Positions 22,210-32,908 of a stretch of DNA of 64,000 nt are shown one piece after another. The stretch lies in assembly GCA_963735595.1 (NCBI GenBank), contig CAVTLK010000001.1, forward strand, positions 1,013,781 to 1,077,780. Direction: 5' to 3'. Under the pieces are notes generated by a model. The model worked only from the letters and a program-made list of their open reading frames with translations. It made no database searches and had not been told where the DNA came from. Numbering within the stretch: position 1 is the stretch's first letter; each line of letters begins with the position of its first letter. The translations under genes were made by a program, and so were the position numbers. The DNA comes from an uncultured delta proteobacterium (GTDB taxonomy: Bacteria > Desulfobacterota > Zymogenia > Zymogenales > Zymogenaceae).

Positions 22210-23234
22210 TTATGCGTTTTTAGTCTCAAGTATACTGATCTCTTCCAGGGTTTTCCCTTTTGTCTCAAATAAATTCCTTTTGACATATACAAATGACGCC
22301 AGGCAAAAAAAGGAGAAAATAAAGAAGGTAATACCAATACCAAAACCATCCCTTAATACAGGAAATAAAAGGTTTACCACGTAATCAGCTACCCACATGG
22401 TCATTATACAAATGGACAAAGCAGTTCCTCTTACCTGTGTTGGAAATATTTCAGTTGCAATTACAAATTTCAAAGGCCCAAGGGAAAATGCAAAAAACAG
22501 CAGAAACAGCATGATGCAAAACAACATTAGCCATCCGGTTACACCCAAGATAAAACAAACACCGGTTAACGCCAATGCAAATGCGGCACCCATGGCCCCT
22601 ACCATATACAATGGTTTCCTTCCCCAGCTATCCACTTTCCAAATTGCCACAAAGGTGAAAAGCATATTAGCCGTGCCCAACATCACCTGGTACAATAATG
22701 CATCGCTTGTAACTATGCCTGCCGATTTCAAAATGGTTGGGCCGTAAAAGATCACCCCGTTAATACCACTGAACTGCGAGAGAGCGGTTAGTATCATCGC
22801 CATTGCTAATAATTTGCCTAAAGGCTGTCGCATTAACTCCTTCAGTCCACCTGTTTTTTGGGTAACCAATTCCTTAATGGCATTCAATTCAAGACTGCCT
22901 TCATCCGGACCGTTTATTTTTGTCAGGATGCCAGCGCCTCCTCATTCCTGCCGAAGATCGCCAGCCAGCGCGGGCTTTCTGGTACAATCATTAATAACAA
23001 ACAAAATAACGCTGCCGGAATTACCCCTACCAGGAACATTCCCCGCCAAACCTGCTCTATAAAAAGCCAGGTTAACAAACCGCCCTCTTCGCCTGCATGA
23101 TTGGTAGCATATTGTTGTAAAAAATAATTGCTGATATAGGCCACTAAAATGCCGATGGTAATGGCGAGTTGGTAAAAGGTTACCAATCCTCCCCGCTTTT
23201 TTGCAGGGGCCACTTCAGAAATATACAGGGGCGA
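22210..23234 (-). CDS. Sugar porter (MFS) transporter; 5' part missing at a chimeric junction; one frameshift
   Basis: SPLYISEVAPAKKRG, WRGMF, PESPRWL, QFSGINGVIFYGP, VDSWGRKPL, EIFPTQVRG, ETKGKTLEEI. Confidence 0.9.
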
Positions 23235-23655
23235 TGCTTTGGCTTTCATTGTCAGTGGCATTGGGTCCATACCTGCCACAATTACCATTTCTTTCGCGAG
23301 AAGCTGAATCTGCTGAGTATCTATTCCGAATGGGCAATGGACCATACACCTTCTGCAACCAGTGCAAGTATAGGCAGTTTCGTAAATCTTATCTAACCAT
23401 TTCTGGTCTATTTCAATGGCTTCATTGTACCCACGGAGCCACTTTCCCTGTAATCGTTTCATATTTTTCGAATAAGCGTCTGATGTTCTGGGCTCTTGCC
23501 ACTGGGGAATATCGTATATCACCCGTTGATGCATAAGCATGGCATGAATCAATGCATACTCCACACCGAGCACAGTTTTCCATATACAGCTTAAGCGACC
23601 GGTTAAGCCGCTTACCAATCAAAGCTATAAGTTCTTGTTTTTGAGATTCTTCCAT
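23235..23655 (-). CDS. N-terminal part of an HdrD/DsrK/HmcF-like (Fe-S)-binding protein; frameshifted and truncated by the junction
   Basis: CARCGVCIDSCH, then in another frame CTGCRRCMVHCPFGID; follows a NarI-like gene. Confidence 0.82.
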
Positions 23656-23656
23656 C

Positions 23657-24391
23657 TTAGCCTCTTCTCAACTTGTTTAGCGGCACCGCAAAACAGAAGT
23701 GCATTACTTTGCTAAAGGGGAGGACAAAAAAGAAAAGATTAGCAAACAAAACATGCGTTCCAATTACAGGATAATGACCACCAGCCAGTGTCTCTTTTGG
23801 ATCCACGAATTTAAATTTAATGAGATTATCTAAATAGGTGCCAAAATCCTGCTTTGTAAGCACAAAGCCTGTATCGGTCCAAGAGTTACCCCAACTTATT
23901 ATATCTCCGCTGATGGCTAAACAGATGAGCAGAAAGAGAATTATATAGTCTGCCGGAACTGAGACTTCACGGACAGGCGTTTTAAAGCGCCTAAAGAAAA
24001 GATAAATCAGAGATATGGTAAAAACAAGTCCAATAAAACCATGCCCTAACATGCTCTGGGATTTCTGAGAGGTAATGTTGATTTGAGGCAAAAGATCAAG
24101 ATGTGCGATGATAAGCAATAAAAAAAAAATATGGAACAGCATGATAAAAAACCACAATGTTGGTTGTAGTTTTCTAATGGTTGGTAATGTGAAGGCGTCA
24201 AAAATTGCGCCTGACAATGCGCCCTCCGGAGGATCGTCCGGAGTCTTGCCTTCGGGGAAGATTCTATGAGCTTTAGGACTATTCGGAGTCCTTATCACTT
24301 TTACTACATTGATTATTATCCATACAATCGACCACAATATGGAAATATATACCATTGGCACCAGAACAAAATACCAAAACATTTCGACCAT
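23657..24391 (-). CDS. NarI/DsrM/HmcE-like membrane cytochrome b subunit
   Basis: About five TM helices with heme-type His pairs (LFHIF...IAHL; GTHV...PFSKVMH), RRF...VREVS..ADY. Confidence 0.82.
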   Translation of the reverse strand: MVEMFWYFVLVPMVYISILWSIVWIIINVVKVIRTPNSPKAHRIFPEGKTPDDPPEGALSGAIFDAFTLPTIRKLQPTLWFFIMLFHIFFLLLIIAHLDLLPQINITSQKSQSMLGHGFIGLVFTISLIYLFFRRFKTPVREVSVPADYIILFLLICLAISGDIISWGNSWTDTGFVLTKQDFGTYLDNLIKFKFVDPKETLAGGHYPVIGTHVLFANLFFFVLPFSKVMHFCFAVPLNKLRRG

Positions 24392-24701
24392 CGTATTACC
24401 TCTTTAATCTTTTGCTAGACAACTATCGTTTACCGCAATTGAGAAGGCTGAAGGAAAAATTACCTTAACCTTTAACGAGAGCAGTTAACCAACTTACGCG
24501 AATAGTAACTAAGCTGAAACAACGAATAAATATAGAAAAGTTGAGGCGAACACTAGGCAATACTATTTTTGGTTAAATCAATTGTCAAGTTTTTCAGTTG
24601 ATGTTGCCAACTTTTTTATGGGCTATGATTACGGTAACTTTATAGAATCTCGAAAAACAATTCTCCCCAATACGAATCACGGGGCCCGAGGGCCCCTTCT
24701 A

Positions 24702-25893
24702 TTACATCTTGAATCCAAGATCCCGATGCTTTAAAGCAATCTGATCAGCAAGATTTTCCACGGATTGCAATGCTTCTGGTCCAGGGTATCCTTTGCAGAG
24801 AACGGGGTCCATAATTTCCACCTTAAGATCGTGTCCGACTCGTCCAATTATTTCGACAATCTTGTTGCCCCAACCATATGATCCCATTATGGCCGCATAT
24901 TTTGCTTTTGGACGGAGAATGTTGGCCAAGTACCACTGCATTTATAACAAGAGGATGTGGCCCGACCCTTACTGCAGGTGTCGCTATGACGAGCGTTGTC
25001 GCATCAATGAGATTAATGGCAAGTTTTCCGATATCAGTATTCGATAAATCAAATTGAGCGACTTCAACCTTCTGCTCACCTAACCGCGACACAAGGTGCT
25101 CCACCATTTTTTTCGTACTGCCATGCATGGAAACATACATCAACAACGCCAGATTCTTAGATTGATCTGAAAGCCAATCGTTATATGCGTCTATTATAAA
25201 ATAGGGTTTCGGATAAATTGGGCCATGACTGGGAGCAATGGTTTCGATCTTGAGGTCTCTTATTTTCTCCATATTCTTCAGAATTATCTTTCTAAAAGGC
25301 AGCATAATTTCCGCAAAAAAACGCTTTGCTGCTTCATAAACCCGGCCTTCATCAGAAACATACATCTCCGATGTAGCAATGTGAGATCCGAAGAAATCGC
25401 AGCTGAAGAGCATGTTGTCTTCAATGGCATAGGTAACCATTGTCTCCGGCCAGTGAACCCAGGGGGTATAGATGAATTCCAAAGTTTTGTTGCCTAAAGA
25501 GATCGTTTGTCCATCATTTACGACCTCAGAAACCTCAGAATTGAGTTCCAAATGCTCGTGGAGAAGTTTGGCTCCTTGATCGGAGACTATGACTTTTGCA
25601 TTCTTGTATTTTGATAATACTTGGGGTATTGAGCCAGAATGGTCCTGTTCAGCATGGTTGGAAATGATGTAGTCGATTTTAGAAATCGGTTTCAATTGCT
25701 CCATTAAAATATGAGCCATAGCAGGATCAACAGAATCGATAAGAGCCGTTTTTTCACTACCTTGGATCAAATAGGAATTGTAACTTGTTCCGTCCGGGAG
25801 AGGGATGAGACTGTCAAATAATCTGCGATCCCAATCAATTGCTCCTAACAAAAAAATATTATCTTTTATTTTCGCGTGGTAGCATTTGTTCAC
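24702..25893 (-). CDS. fprA: FprA-type flavodiiron protein (O2/NO reductase); one frameshift near 24940
   Basis: GTSYNSYL, NHAEQDHSG, VHWPET, SCDFFG, PSHG, SMHGST flavodoxin loop, GSYGWG in the second frame. Confidence 0.9.
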
Positions 25894-26119
25894 TCCGTAT
25901 TAATACTAATTATAAGTAGTTTCGCCTGCCGAGCATCAAAGTTCAAGGATTTTATTTTATGAATTCCCTCAGTTATTTAAGAATTTGGGCAGGAAATTAC
26001 TGCTGATCTATTACGAAAAACAATTTGATGTGCTAATACATAGTTATAGACTTTTCCTTTTGCTTTTTCACGGGTCAAAAAAGCGCTATTTATTTTTTCA
26101 AATACTCTATAGGCGATAT

Positions 26120-27682
26120 ATGAAAGCTCTTCTGGTAAATCCGAATTATCCACAGACATTCTGGTCCTTTAACAAAGTACTTAAGATGATGAATAAGAAG
26201 TGCATCCAGCCTCCCCTTGGTCTTTTGACCGTCGCGGCACTTCTTCCAAACGATTGGGAATTGAGACTTGCCGATGGCGCCATTCGACCTGTTAAAGAAG
26301 AAGATTGGGATTGGGCCGATGTGGTTCTTATAACAGGCATGACTGCCCAATATACAGGGATTATCGATGCAATTCGTCAATCCAAGCAAAGGGGCAAACT
26401 GGTTGTTGTCGGCGGACCGATGGTGTTTCACGTGCCTGATGATGCATTTGCGGCAGGGGCTGATATTATAGTCAGGGGTGAAGCTGAACCGATTGCCACG
26501 GAGCTTATCGATGCCATAGAACAAAGACTAACTAACATAGTTTTAGAAGCGCCACAAAAACCCGATCTTAAGGATTCGCCTCCTCCCAGGTATGACCTTC
26601 TTGAAATGGATTCCTATGTAGACATGTCCATCCAGTTCTCCCGGGGTTGTCCTTTTAAATGTGAATTTTGCGATATTACATTGATGTTCGGAAGAACAGT
26701 ACGAACAAAGAGTCCCGAACAGATCCTTCACGAGTTAGAAGTGTTGTACAACTTGGGTTGGAGACGTTTGGTTTTTTTCGTAGATGACAATTTTATTGGT
26801 AATCCGGCTAAGACAAAGGATTTGTTGAATGAACTGATTCCGTGGATGGAGAATAAAGAATATCCTTTTGAATTCAATACTCAGGCTTCAGTTAATCTGG
26901 CCAAAGATTCCGTGCTATTGAATTCAATGGCCAAAGCTGGATTTTGGAAAGTATTTTTGGGAATCGAATCTCTCAATAAAGAAACTCTGACCGATGCGAG
27001 AAAATTCCAGAATGCATCTGTAGACCTGGATAATGTATGCAAGACGATTAATGCTGCAGGTATACAGATTATAGCCGGATGTATTCTAGGTTTCGATGCA
27101 GAAGGCACGGGAGCTGACCAGCATCTCATTCAATTTGCTCATAGAAATAACATCCCCGAAATGTTTGTTACTATGCTTCAAGCCGGTCCTGGTACGGAGC
27201 TTTGGCACAGATTAGAAGATGAAGGAAGATTGCTTTTTGTTGGTATTGATGACAACTTCGGAAGTCAGACAGCTATGGTAAATTTTGAGACTAAACGGCC
27301 AAAGGACGAAATAGCTCGCGAATTTATAAATCTTTATAATGTACTGTACCAGCAGAACTTTTATCTTGAACGTGTATACAATCACATCGTTAATATGGGA
27401 GCCTTACCCTATAAAAAAGGATTTGCTCCGCCTTATTTTTCGGAAGTCAGAGCTGTAATAATTAGTATTTTTAATCATGGAGTTCGCTACTCGGGAAGGC
27501 TTAACTTCTGGAAGAAGTTTCTTTCTATCGTGTTCAAGTACCCTGATCGATTTAGGCAATTTATTTCTGCTTGTATCGTCGCTGAACACTATTATGAGTA
27601 TCGAAATACAATAAAAGACCTGCTGGAAGCACAATTGAAAGAAGAAGAAATGAATGGCTCTTTAAGTCCTATTAATCCTTAA
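26120..27682 (+). CDS. Cobalamin-binding radical SAM protein (DUF4070 / HpnP-like family)
   Basis: PPLGLLTVAA, VVGGP, RGEAE, SRGCPFKCEFC, FVDDNFIG, FLGIES; likely ATG at 26120. Confidence 0.9.
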   Translation: MKALLVNPNYPQTFWSFNKVLKMMNKKCIQPPLGLLTVAALLPNDWELRLADGAIRPVKEEDWDWADVVLITGMTAQYTGIIDAIRQSKQRGKLVVVGGPMVFHVPDDAFAAGADIIVRGEAEPIATELIDAIEQRLTNIVLEAPQKPDLKDSPPPRYDLLEMDSYVDMSIQFSRGCPFKCEFCDITLMFGRTVRTKSPEQILHELEVLYNLGWRRLVFFVDDNFIGNPAKTKDLLNELIPWMENKEYPFEFNTQASVNLAKDSVLLNSMAKAGFWKVFLGIESLNKETLTDARKFQNASVDLDNVCKTINAAGIQIIAGCILGFDAEGTGADQHLIQFAHRNNIPEMFVTMLQAGPGTELWHRLEDEGRLLFVGIDDNFGSQTAMVNFETKRPKDEIAREFINLYNVLYQQNFYLERVYNHIVNMGALPYKKGFAPPYFSEVRAVIISIFNHGVRYSGRLNFWKKFLSIVFKYPDRFRQFISACIVAEHYYEYRNTIKDLLEAQLKEEEMNGSLSPINP

Positions 27683-27726
27683 GCGATTCACATTGTCAAA
27701 AATCTCCAATAAGTTGCGTTTCTTTC

Positions 27727-28851
27727 ATGGGTGAAATTGAAATCATAGAAGTGCTAAACAAGTCAGATCTCAATTTATTTATTGATCTGCCTTGGACCAT
27801 TTATAAGAATTATCCGAAGTGGATTCCACCATTAAAATCTCAAGTACGAAAACTGCTCGATACTCGCAAGCATCCTTATTGGGAATTTGCAGAGCGAACT
27901 CTATTTACAGCATGGAAAAATGGGCAGATACAAGGGCGAGTCGCCGCTATCATCGATAATCGATATAATGAGTTCCATACAGAAAAAATGTGTTCATTTG
28001 GATTTTTTGAATCCACAAACGATCCGGAAGTCGCACAAGCATTAATGAATTCCGTAGCAGTTTGGGGACAACAAAATGGAATGTCATTCATCAGAGGCCC
28101 TCTAAACCCGTCGACGAATTACGAAATTGGTATGTTGAAAGATGGTTTCGATAAAGAACCGTCCATTATGATGCCGTATAACCCACCCTATTATGTCGAT
28201 TTAATGAATTTCTGCGGGTTTTCCAAAGAAAAGGATATCTATGCTCTTTATGCCGATAGATCAACTCAGGTGTCTGAACGATTTCAAAGACTTGCTAAGA
28301 GGATCAGGAGAAATAACGATATCACCGTTCGCAACGTGAGGAAAAAGGATTTTGGGAAAGAAATCCTCATAGTTAAAGATATCTATAACGAAGCCTGGTC
28401 CAAAAATTGGGGTTTCGTTCCAATGACGGATTCGGAATTCTCATACATGGCCGAAGAGTTGATGAAGATCATGGATGAGGATCTTGTATTTTTTGTATAT
28501 TACAAAAATGAGCCTGCCGGATTTTGTTTAGTCCTCCCCAATATCAATCCGATCTTGAAGGCATTAAATGGCAAAATTGGACTCCTTGGACTATTTAAAC
28601 TATTGAAATATAAAAAGGCCATAGATTCGGCCCGCTGTCTGGCCTTGGGAATAAAGCTGAAATATCATAATTTGGGAATTCCTTTAGTTGCCCTGGATTT
28701 TCTTTGGGAGACTTTCGCTCGTAAGACATTCTACAAGACATTAGAAGTCGGATGGAATCTCGAGGACAATCTGGACATTATAAAGTATGAAGAAGAGGCA
28801 GGTTGCAAAATCTACAAAATTTATCGGATATTTCGCAAGGAACTCCCATGA
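27727..28851 (+). CDS. YghO-like tandem GNAT acyltransferase, similar to the bacterial ceramide synthase family
   Basis: FIDLPW.IY...WIPPL, GRVAAI, FGFFES, RGPLNPSTN, MMPYNPPYY, YNEAWSKNWGFVP, W.LEDN. Confidence 0.75.
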   Translation: MGEIEIIEVLNKSDLNLFIDLPWTIYKNYPKWIPPLKSQVRKLLDTRKHPYWEFAERTLFTAWKNGQIQGRVAAIIDNRYNEFHTEKMCSFGFFESTNDPEVAQALMNSVAVWGQQNGMSFIRGPLNPSTNYEIGMLKDGFDKEPSIMMPYNPPYYVDLMNFCGFSKEKDIYALYADRSTQVSERFQRLAKRIRRNNDITVRNVRKKDFGKEILIVKDIYNEAWSKNWGFVPMTDSEFSYMAEELMKIMDEDLVFFVYYKNEPAGFCLVLPNINPILKALNGKIGLLGLFKLLKYKKAIDSARCLALGIKLKYHNLGIPLVALDFLWETFARKTFYKTLEVGWNLEDNLDIIKYEEEAGCKIYKIYRIFRKELP

Positions 28852-28911
28852 TTCTGCAAACTACTGAAGTGATGAAGCAAATGTTTAGAAATAACTAAGG
28901 GTCATGAAAAT

Positions 28912-30370
28912 GTGAAAGCGTTTGTTACCAGAGATGTTTATCAGAATGTATTATTCCATTTACTTGCTCTGAGCTTTTTAGTTTTATTAACGTTCCCTCG
29001 GATCATAATCAATTACGGTATTGATGGCGACTCCATACGTGGCATGTTAGCCGCTCGATGGCTCATGGAATCGAATCAATACATCCCTTCTCGACTTCCC
29101 GGAAATCCCATCTACGAATATATACTCGGGATATTTTCCACTGTTGATGGTTATTATCTTACAAATTCATTCAGTTTCCTCAGTTTTTTATTAGCAATTT
29201 TGGCATTTCATAAGCTTACGGCCAATACTCCCAATAGATTCCTGCTGATCGTTTTATTCTCTTTCACACCCATTCTTATGAAGAATGCAGCGTTAACAAT
29301 GGACTATATTCCTGGGTTAGCGTTAATTCTCTGGGGCTATTATTTTTTACAGCAACGTCATTTGTTCTGGAGTGCTGTATTATTGAGTTTATCCATAGGA
29401 ATGCGTTTATCTCATGCTGTATTCATTATTCCATTCAGTATGTATTTCATGTCGTCAGGCCATGACAGACGAAAACTAGCTAGCTTTTTAGGGATTGTAA
29501 TTACAGGAATTTTATTGAGTTATCTACCGATTCTATTAAGATTTGGACCTGGTCTTTGGCGCCTGGTTCCTGCTCAAAATGCCCTATTCATCTCACATCT
29601 ATCTTGCTGTTTATAATGCAATTATGCTCTTTGGATTACCGAGCCTATTGGTCTTTTCCTTTATACTGATTCTCGAATTGAAACAAAAACATTATAAAAT
29701 GATGTTTCAGCTCGATCCCGCGAGCATCACCGAATTCACCTCGTTCCTCCTGGTATGTTTCGTTTTCTTGATCCATCCAGACGAAACTGAATACCTGATC
29801 CCAGCTATTCCTTTCCTATATCTCCTCGTAGGAAAATTATTTGAGCGCAAACATCTCATGATATTTGTTTGTGTTGTCTTTTCTTTCAGCTTTTTTTCCA
29901 TTGAACTAAAAAGTGGAGAAAGCGGAAATAGAAAAGTGGGTTTTGCAATAGCTCCTGGAATCATTATAGATGATTTTCTGAAACGAAAACAATTTGAGGC
30001 CATGAAGAGATCTCTAATCGATTTGCCGGTTCCAGAAAAATCGATTATCATAACTGGTTTTGGTCCTATGCTTGGATTTGAAAATCCTGATCTCAGAGCA
30101 ATCAATTTGACAACGAGTATTCCGGAACTTGATGCCCAAGGTATATTTGAGGACAACTTTTCTTACCAATTGAGGAATAAAAAGGTGTTCCTCATTGGTG
30201 GTATGTCACTGAAAAATGCGGAAATTGCACGCCATCATGGATTTTACTTGTATTTCTTTCGGGAATCTGCTCCTAGCCTAAGCATTAATCACTATGGTTA
30301 TCATCCCAGGCAAGCAAAAATGAAAAAGTTGATCTTCACCGAGAATGAATTCAGAGTGTCAGATGAGTGA
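28912..30370 (+). CDS. Polytopic membrane protein, possibly a GT-C fold glycosyltransferase; one frameshift near 29570
   Basis: Two overlapping hydrophobic ORFs; DGDS, YIPSRLPGNP, MDY, GMRLS, YLIPAIPF. Confidence 0.55.
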
Positions 30371-31490
30371 AAAAATTCACATTCTTCATGTTGTAAATTC
30401 CCTTAATTTAGGTGGAGTGGAATTACAGCTACTTAATTTGATTAAGCAATACGATAGAAGAGCCTTCGAGATAGATGTTTGCGTAATTGGTAATGAAATG
30501 GGAAAATTAGAACAAGAAGTGAGAAATCTCGATACAAAGATACTTAGTTGTCCAAAATCTCCAAATTTATTGTCATTTTCCAAGCGGTTCAGGAACACCA
30601 TTATATCTCAAAATTATGGTATTGTGCATTCTCATCTTGATGCGTGGAGTGGTGCGATTTTAAGAGGCGCATCAATGGCCGGAGTGCCGGTGAGGATAGC
30701 TCAAATTCATTCTATAATGCCATGGGCGGAAGATCTTAGGGCAAATCCGTTAATTAGATATGTCCAGAATATTGTGGTATATTGGGGTCGTTTTTGGCTA
30801 TCGAGGTATGCAACCCATGTGTTAACAGTTTCCCATTCGGTTCGCGACCCTTTATCTACCTGGCTAGTAAACAAGGACATATTAATTTGGACCGCAGGGA
30901 TCAATTTGAAGGAGTTTGTTCCTTCCCGAGATTTTCATCAGGATTTCAATATATTATCTGTTGGTGGATTGCTAAAAGCTAAAAATGTCGATATTACTCT
31001 GAAAATATTTAGAAAAGTCCTAGACGTGTTTCCAAAAGCCAAATTGATCATAGCCGGAGTAGGACCTGAAGAGATGTATTTGAGGAATCTATGCCAGGAC
31101 CTGGGCATTTCTGCTTCGGTGGATTTTATAGGTACTTCACGAAATATCCCAGACCTCATGAAATCCGCTGCGCTTTTAATTACGAGCTCGTCAATCGAAG
31201 GTTTACCCACCGTGATTCTGGAAGCCCAGGCATCCGGAATCCCCGTTGTCGCATCTGCAATTGACCCTAACCTGGAAGCGCTAGCCGACGAATTATTACC
31301 GTTTACATTTCCCATCAATGATATTGATATAGCCGCTAATAATGTAACCACGTTTCTAAGCAATTCCGAGCTGAGAATGAATTTACGCGAGAAACTTCCG
31401 AAGTATGTGAATGAGAATTTTAATTCCGAACGACAGTTGCCCAAACTAAAACATCTGTACAAAGAGGCATATTTTTTGGCAAAAACATGA
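30363..31490 (+). CDS. GT4 family glycosyltransferase
   Basis: ILHVVNSLNLGGVE, EGLPTVILEAQASGIPVVAS (EX7E). Confidence 0.9.
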   Translation: MSEKIHILHVVNSLNLGGVELQLLNLIKQYDRRAFEIDVCVIGNEMGKLEQEVRNLDTKILSCPKSPNLLSFSKRFRNTIISQNYGIVHSHLDAWSGAILRGASMAGVPVRIAQIHSIMPWAEDLRANPLIRYVQNIVVYWGRFWLSRYATHVLTVSHSVRDPLSTWLVNKDILIWTAGINLKEFVPSRDFHQDFNILSVGGLLKAKNVDITLKIFRKVLDVFPKAKLIIAGVGPEEMYLRNLCQDLGISASVDFIGTSRNIPDLMKSAALLITSSSIEGLPTVILEAQASGIPVVASAIDPNLEALADELLPFTFPINDIDIAANNVTTFLSNSELRMNLREKLPKYVNENFNSERQLPKLKHLYKEAYFLAKT

Positions 31491-32758
31491 TTTCAGCAAA
31501 CTTCATTGACATATTGTTTATTCTGCCTCTCATGGCATCTATTCCTATGCTCATAAAGTTATATTTGAAACCTGCTTTTTTCAGTCAATCGCAACGGAAT
31601 CTTGCTCTTTATGGCGGTCTTATTTGGATGGTATATGTATTCATCAGCGAATACGTTTCAGAGCATTTTCTTGGTGTCCCCTGGATGGATGCTCTTTACC
31701 ATGCAAATTACGGGAAAGTGATAGCCGAAGAGATTACAAAAGGTAATTGGCAATATTTTCTGGATCATTTTGCTACCGGGAACAATGCATATCATTGCTA
31801 TAGTTCTCTTATTTTATCAACAGGTGCAACCATCTTCACCCTTACGGGAATAAATGCATTTCTCGCTTTTTGGGGAGGCTTGGTGCTTGCCTCTAGTTTT
31901 AGTTCAATATGTCCCTATCCCAGGAAGCGGAATCTCCTGTTTCTCTTTACGATTTTTTGTCCTTCCGTTATTTTTTGGTGTACAGTAAATCTCAAAGAAG
32001 CGATGATGTATTGGGCTATCTGCCTGATATTTTCAATAGGTTTTCCACACAGGAGCATTGGCTATTTTGCCCGTATTCCTTTATCAATCATAGCGGTTAT
32101 TATTGGAGCTTTGCTCAGACCTCATGTGCTCATCGGTTGGCTTGCAGCAGTTGCAGGGGTTATGGTTTTTCGATCCGGTAGACGAACAGCGGGCATCATT
32201 ATGCTTATGTGCATGCCCATAGTCGCTTTTTCGTTGAGAACCATTCTTAAGTCGGATTTCTCCCAAGAAGTTGCGCTTCAAATGGGAGAATCACAATTTT
32301 CAGCTCTGACGATTATAAGTCATCAAGGGTCAGCAATTAAGTATGATTCTGGTCGTCCAATTTTTTTGCTATCAGGAATAGTTGCTGCTTATCTGCGTCC
32401 CTTTCCTTGGGAAATACGATCTCTAAGAACATCTGCTAGTTCCATAGAAACCTGGGCAATGACTCTTTTGATTATATTTGCATGGTGGTCTTTTAATAGT
32501 CGTGATAGATGGTATGCTTTAAAATTACCAGGAATTCAAATAGCTATCTTAGCTTCTCTTTGGATGTGCATGCTGCTGTCCTATTTTCCAAATGAAGGCC
32601 TCGTTGTAAGACAACGTGTTCAGCTCATTCCTGCCATGCTGGCATGTGCCGTTATTCCATTACTGATGAAGATGTACGCTGCAGCTAGACTCAAAGCTCT
32701 CGAACGACAACTAAGCATGAGAGATATGCAGCTAAAAAAAACTGTGCACGGGAATTAA
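31487..32758 (+). CDS. Polytopic membrane protein, possible Wzy-like polymerase
   Basis: About ten TM segments; DALYH, NLKEA, LRPH, RPFPWE, RQRVQ; lies among glycosyltransferase genes. Confidence 0.55.
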   Translation: MISANFIDILFILPLMASIPMLIKLYLKPAFFSQSQRNLALYGGLIWMVYVFISEYVSEHFLGVPWMDALYHANYGKVIAEEITKGNWQYFLDHFATGNNAYHCYSSLILSTGATIFTLTGINAFLAFWGGLVLASSFSSICPYPRKRNLLFLFTIFCPSVIFWCTVNLKEAMMYWAICLIFSIGFPHRSIGYFARIPLSIIAVIIGALLRPHVLIGWLAAVAGVMVFRSGRRTAGIIMLMCMPIVAFSLRTILKSDFSQEVALQMGESQFSALTIISHQGSAIKYDSGRPIFLLSGIVAAYLRPFPWEIRSLRTSASSIETWAMTLLIIFAWWSFNSRDRWYALKLPGIQIAILASLWMCMLLSYFPNEGLVVRQRVQLIPAMLACAVIPLLMKMYAAARLKALERQLSMRDMQLKKTVHGN

Positions 32759-32908
32759 ACGGAGTATGTTTCATTTAGCAATTCATGAGAACAGCCAAAG
32801 GGCAGATTCAATTGCTGCAGAATATTTCTGAAGTTTCTGCGCACTGTCACAAATAATCGGAACTTAGATAGAATATTCTCTTCGCTATACAAACCGTTTC
32901 TGAAATGT

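Noticed and set aside
22923..23618. Apparent novel ferredoxin-sugar transporter fusion protein
   Set aside because: Both halves are truncated pieces of different genes from apparently different taxa; best explained as a junction artefact
23235..24391. dsrMK as evidence of dissimilatory sulfite reduction
   Set aside because: NarI-like plus HdrD-like pairs have many paralogues; the second gene is truncated and no dsrJOP or dsrAB is visible
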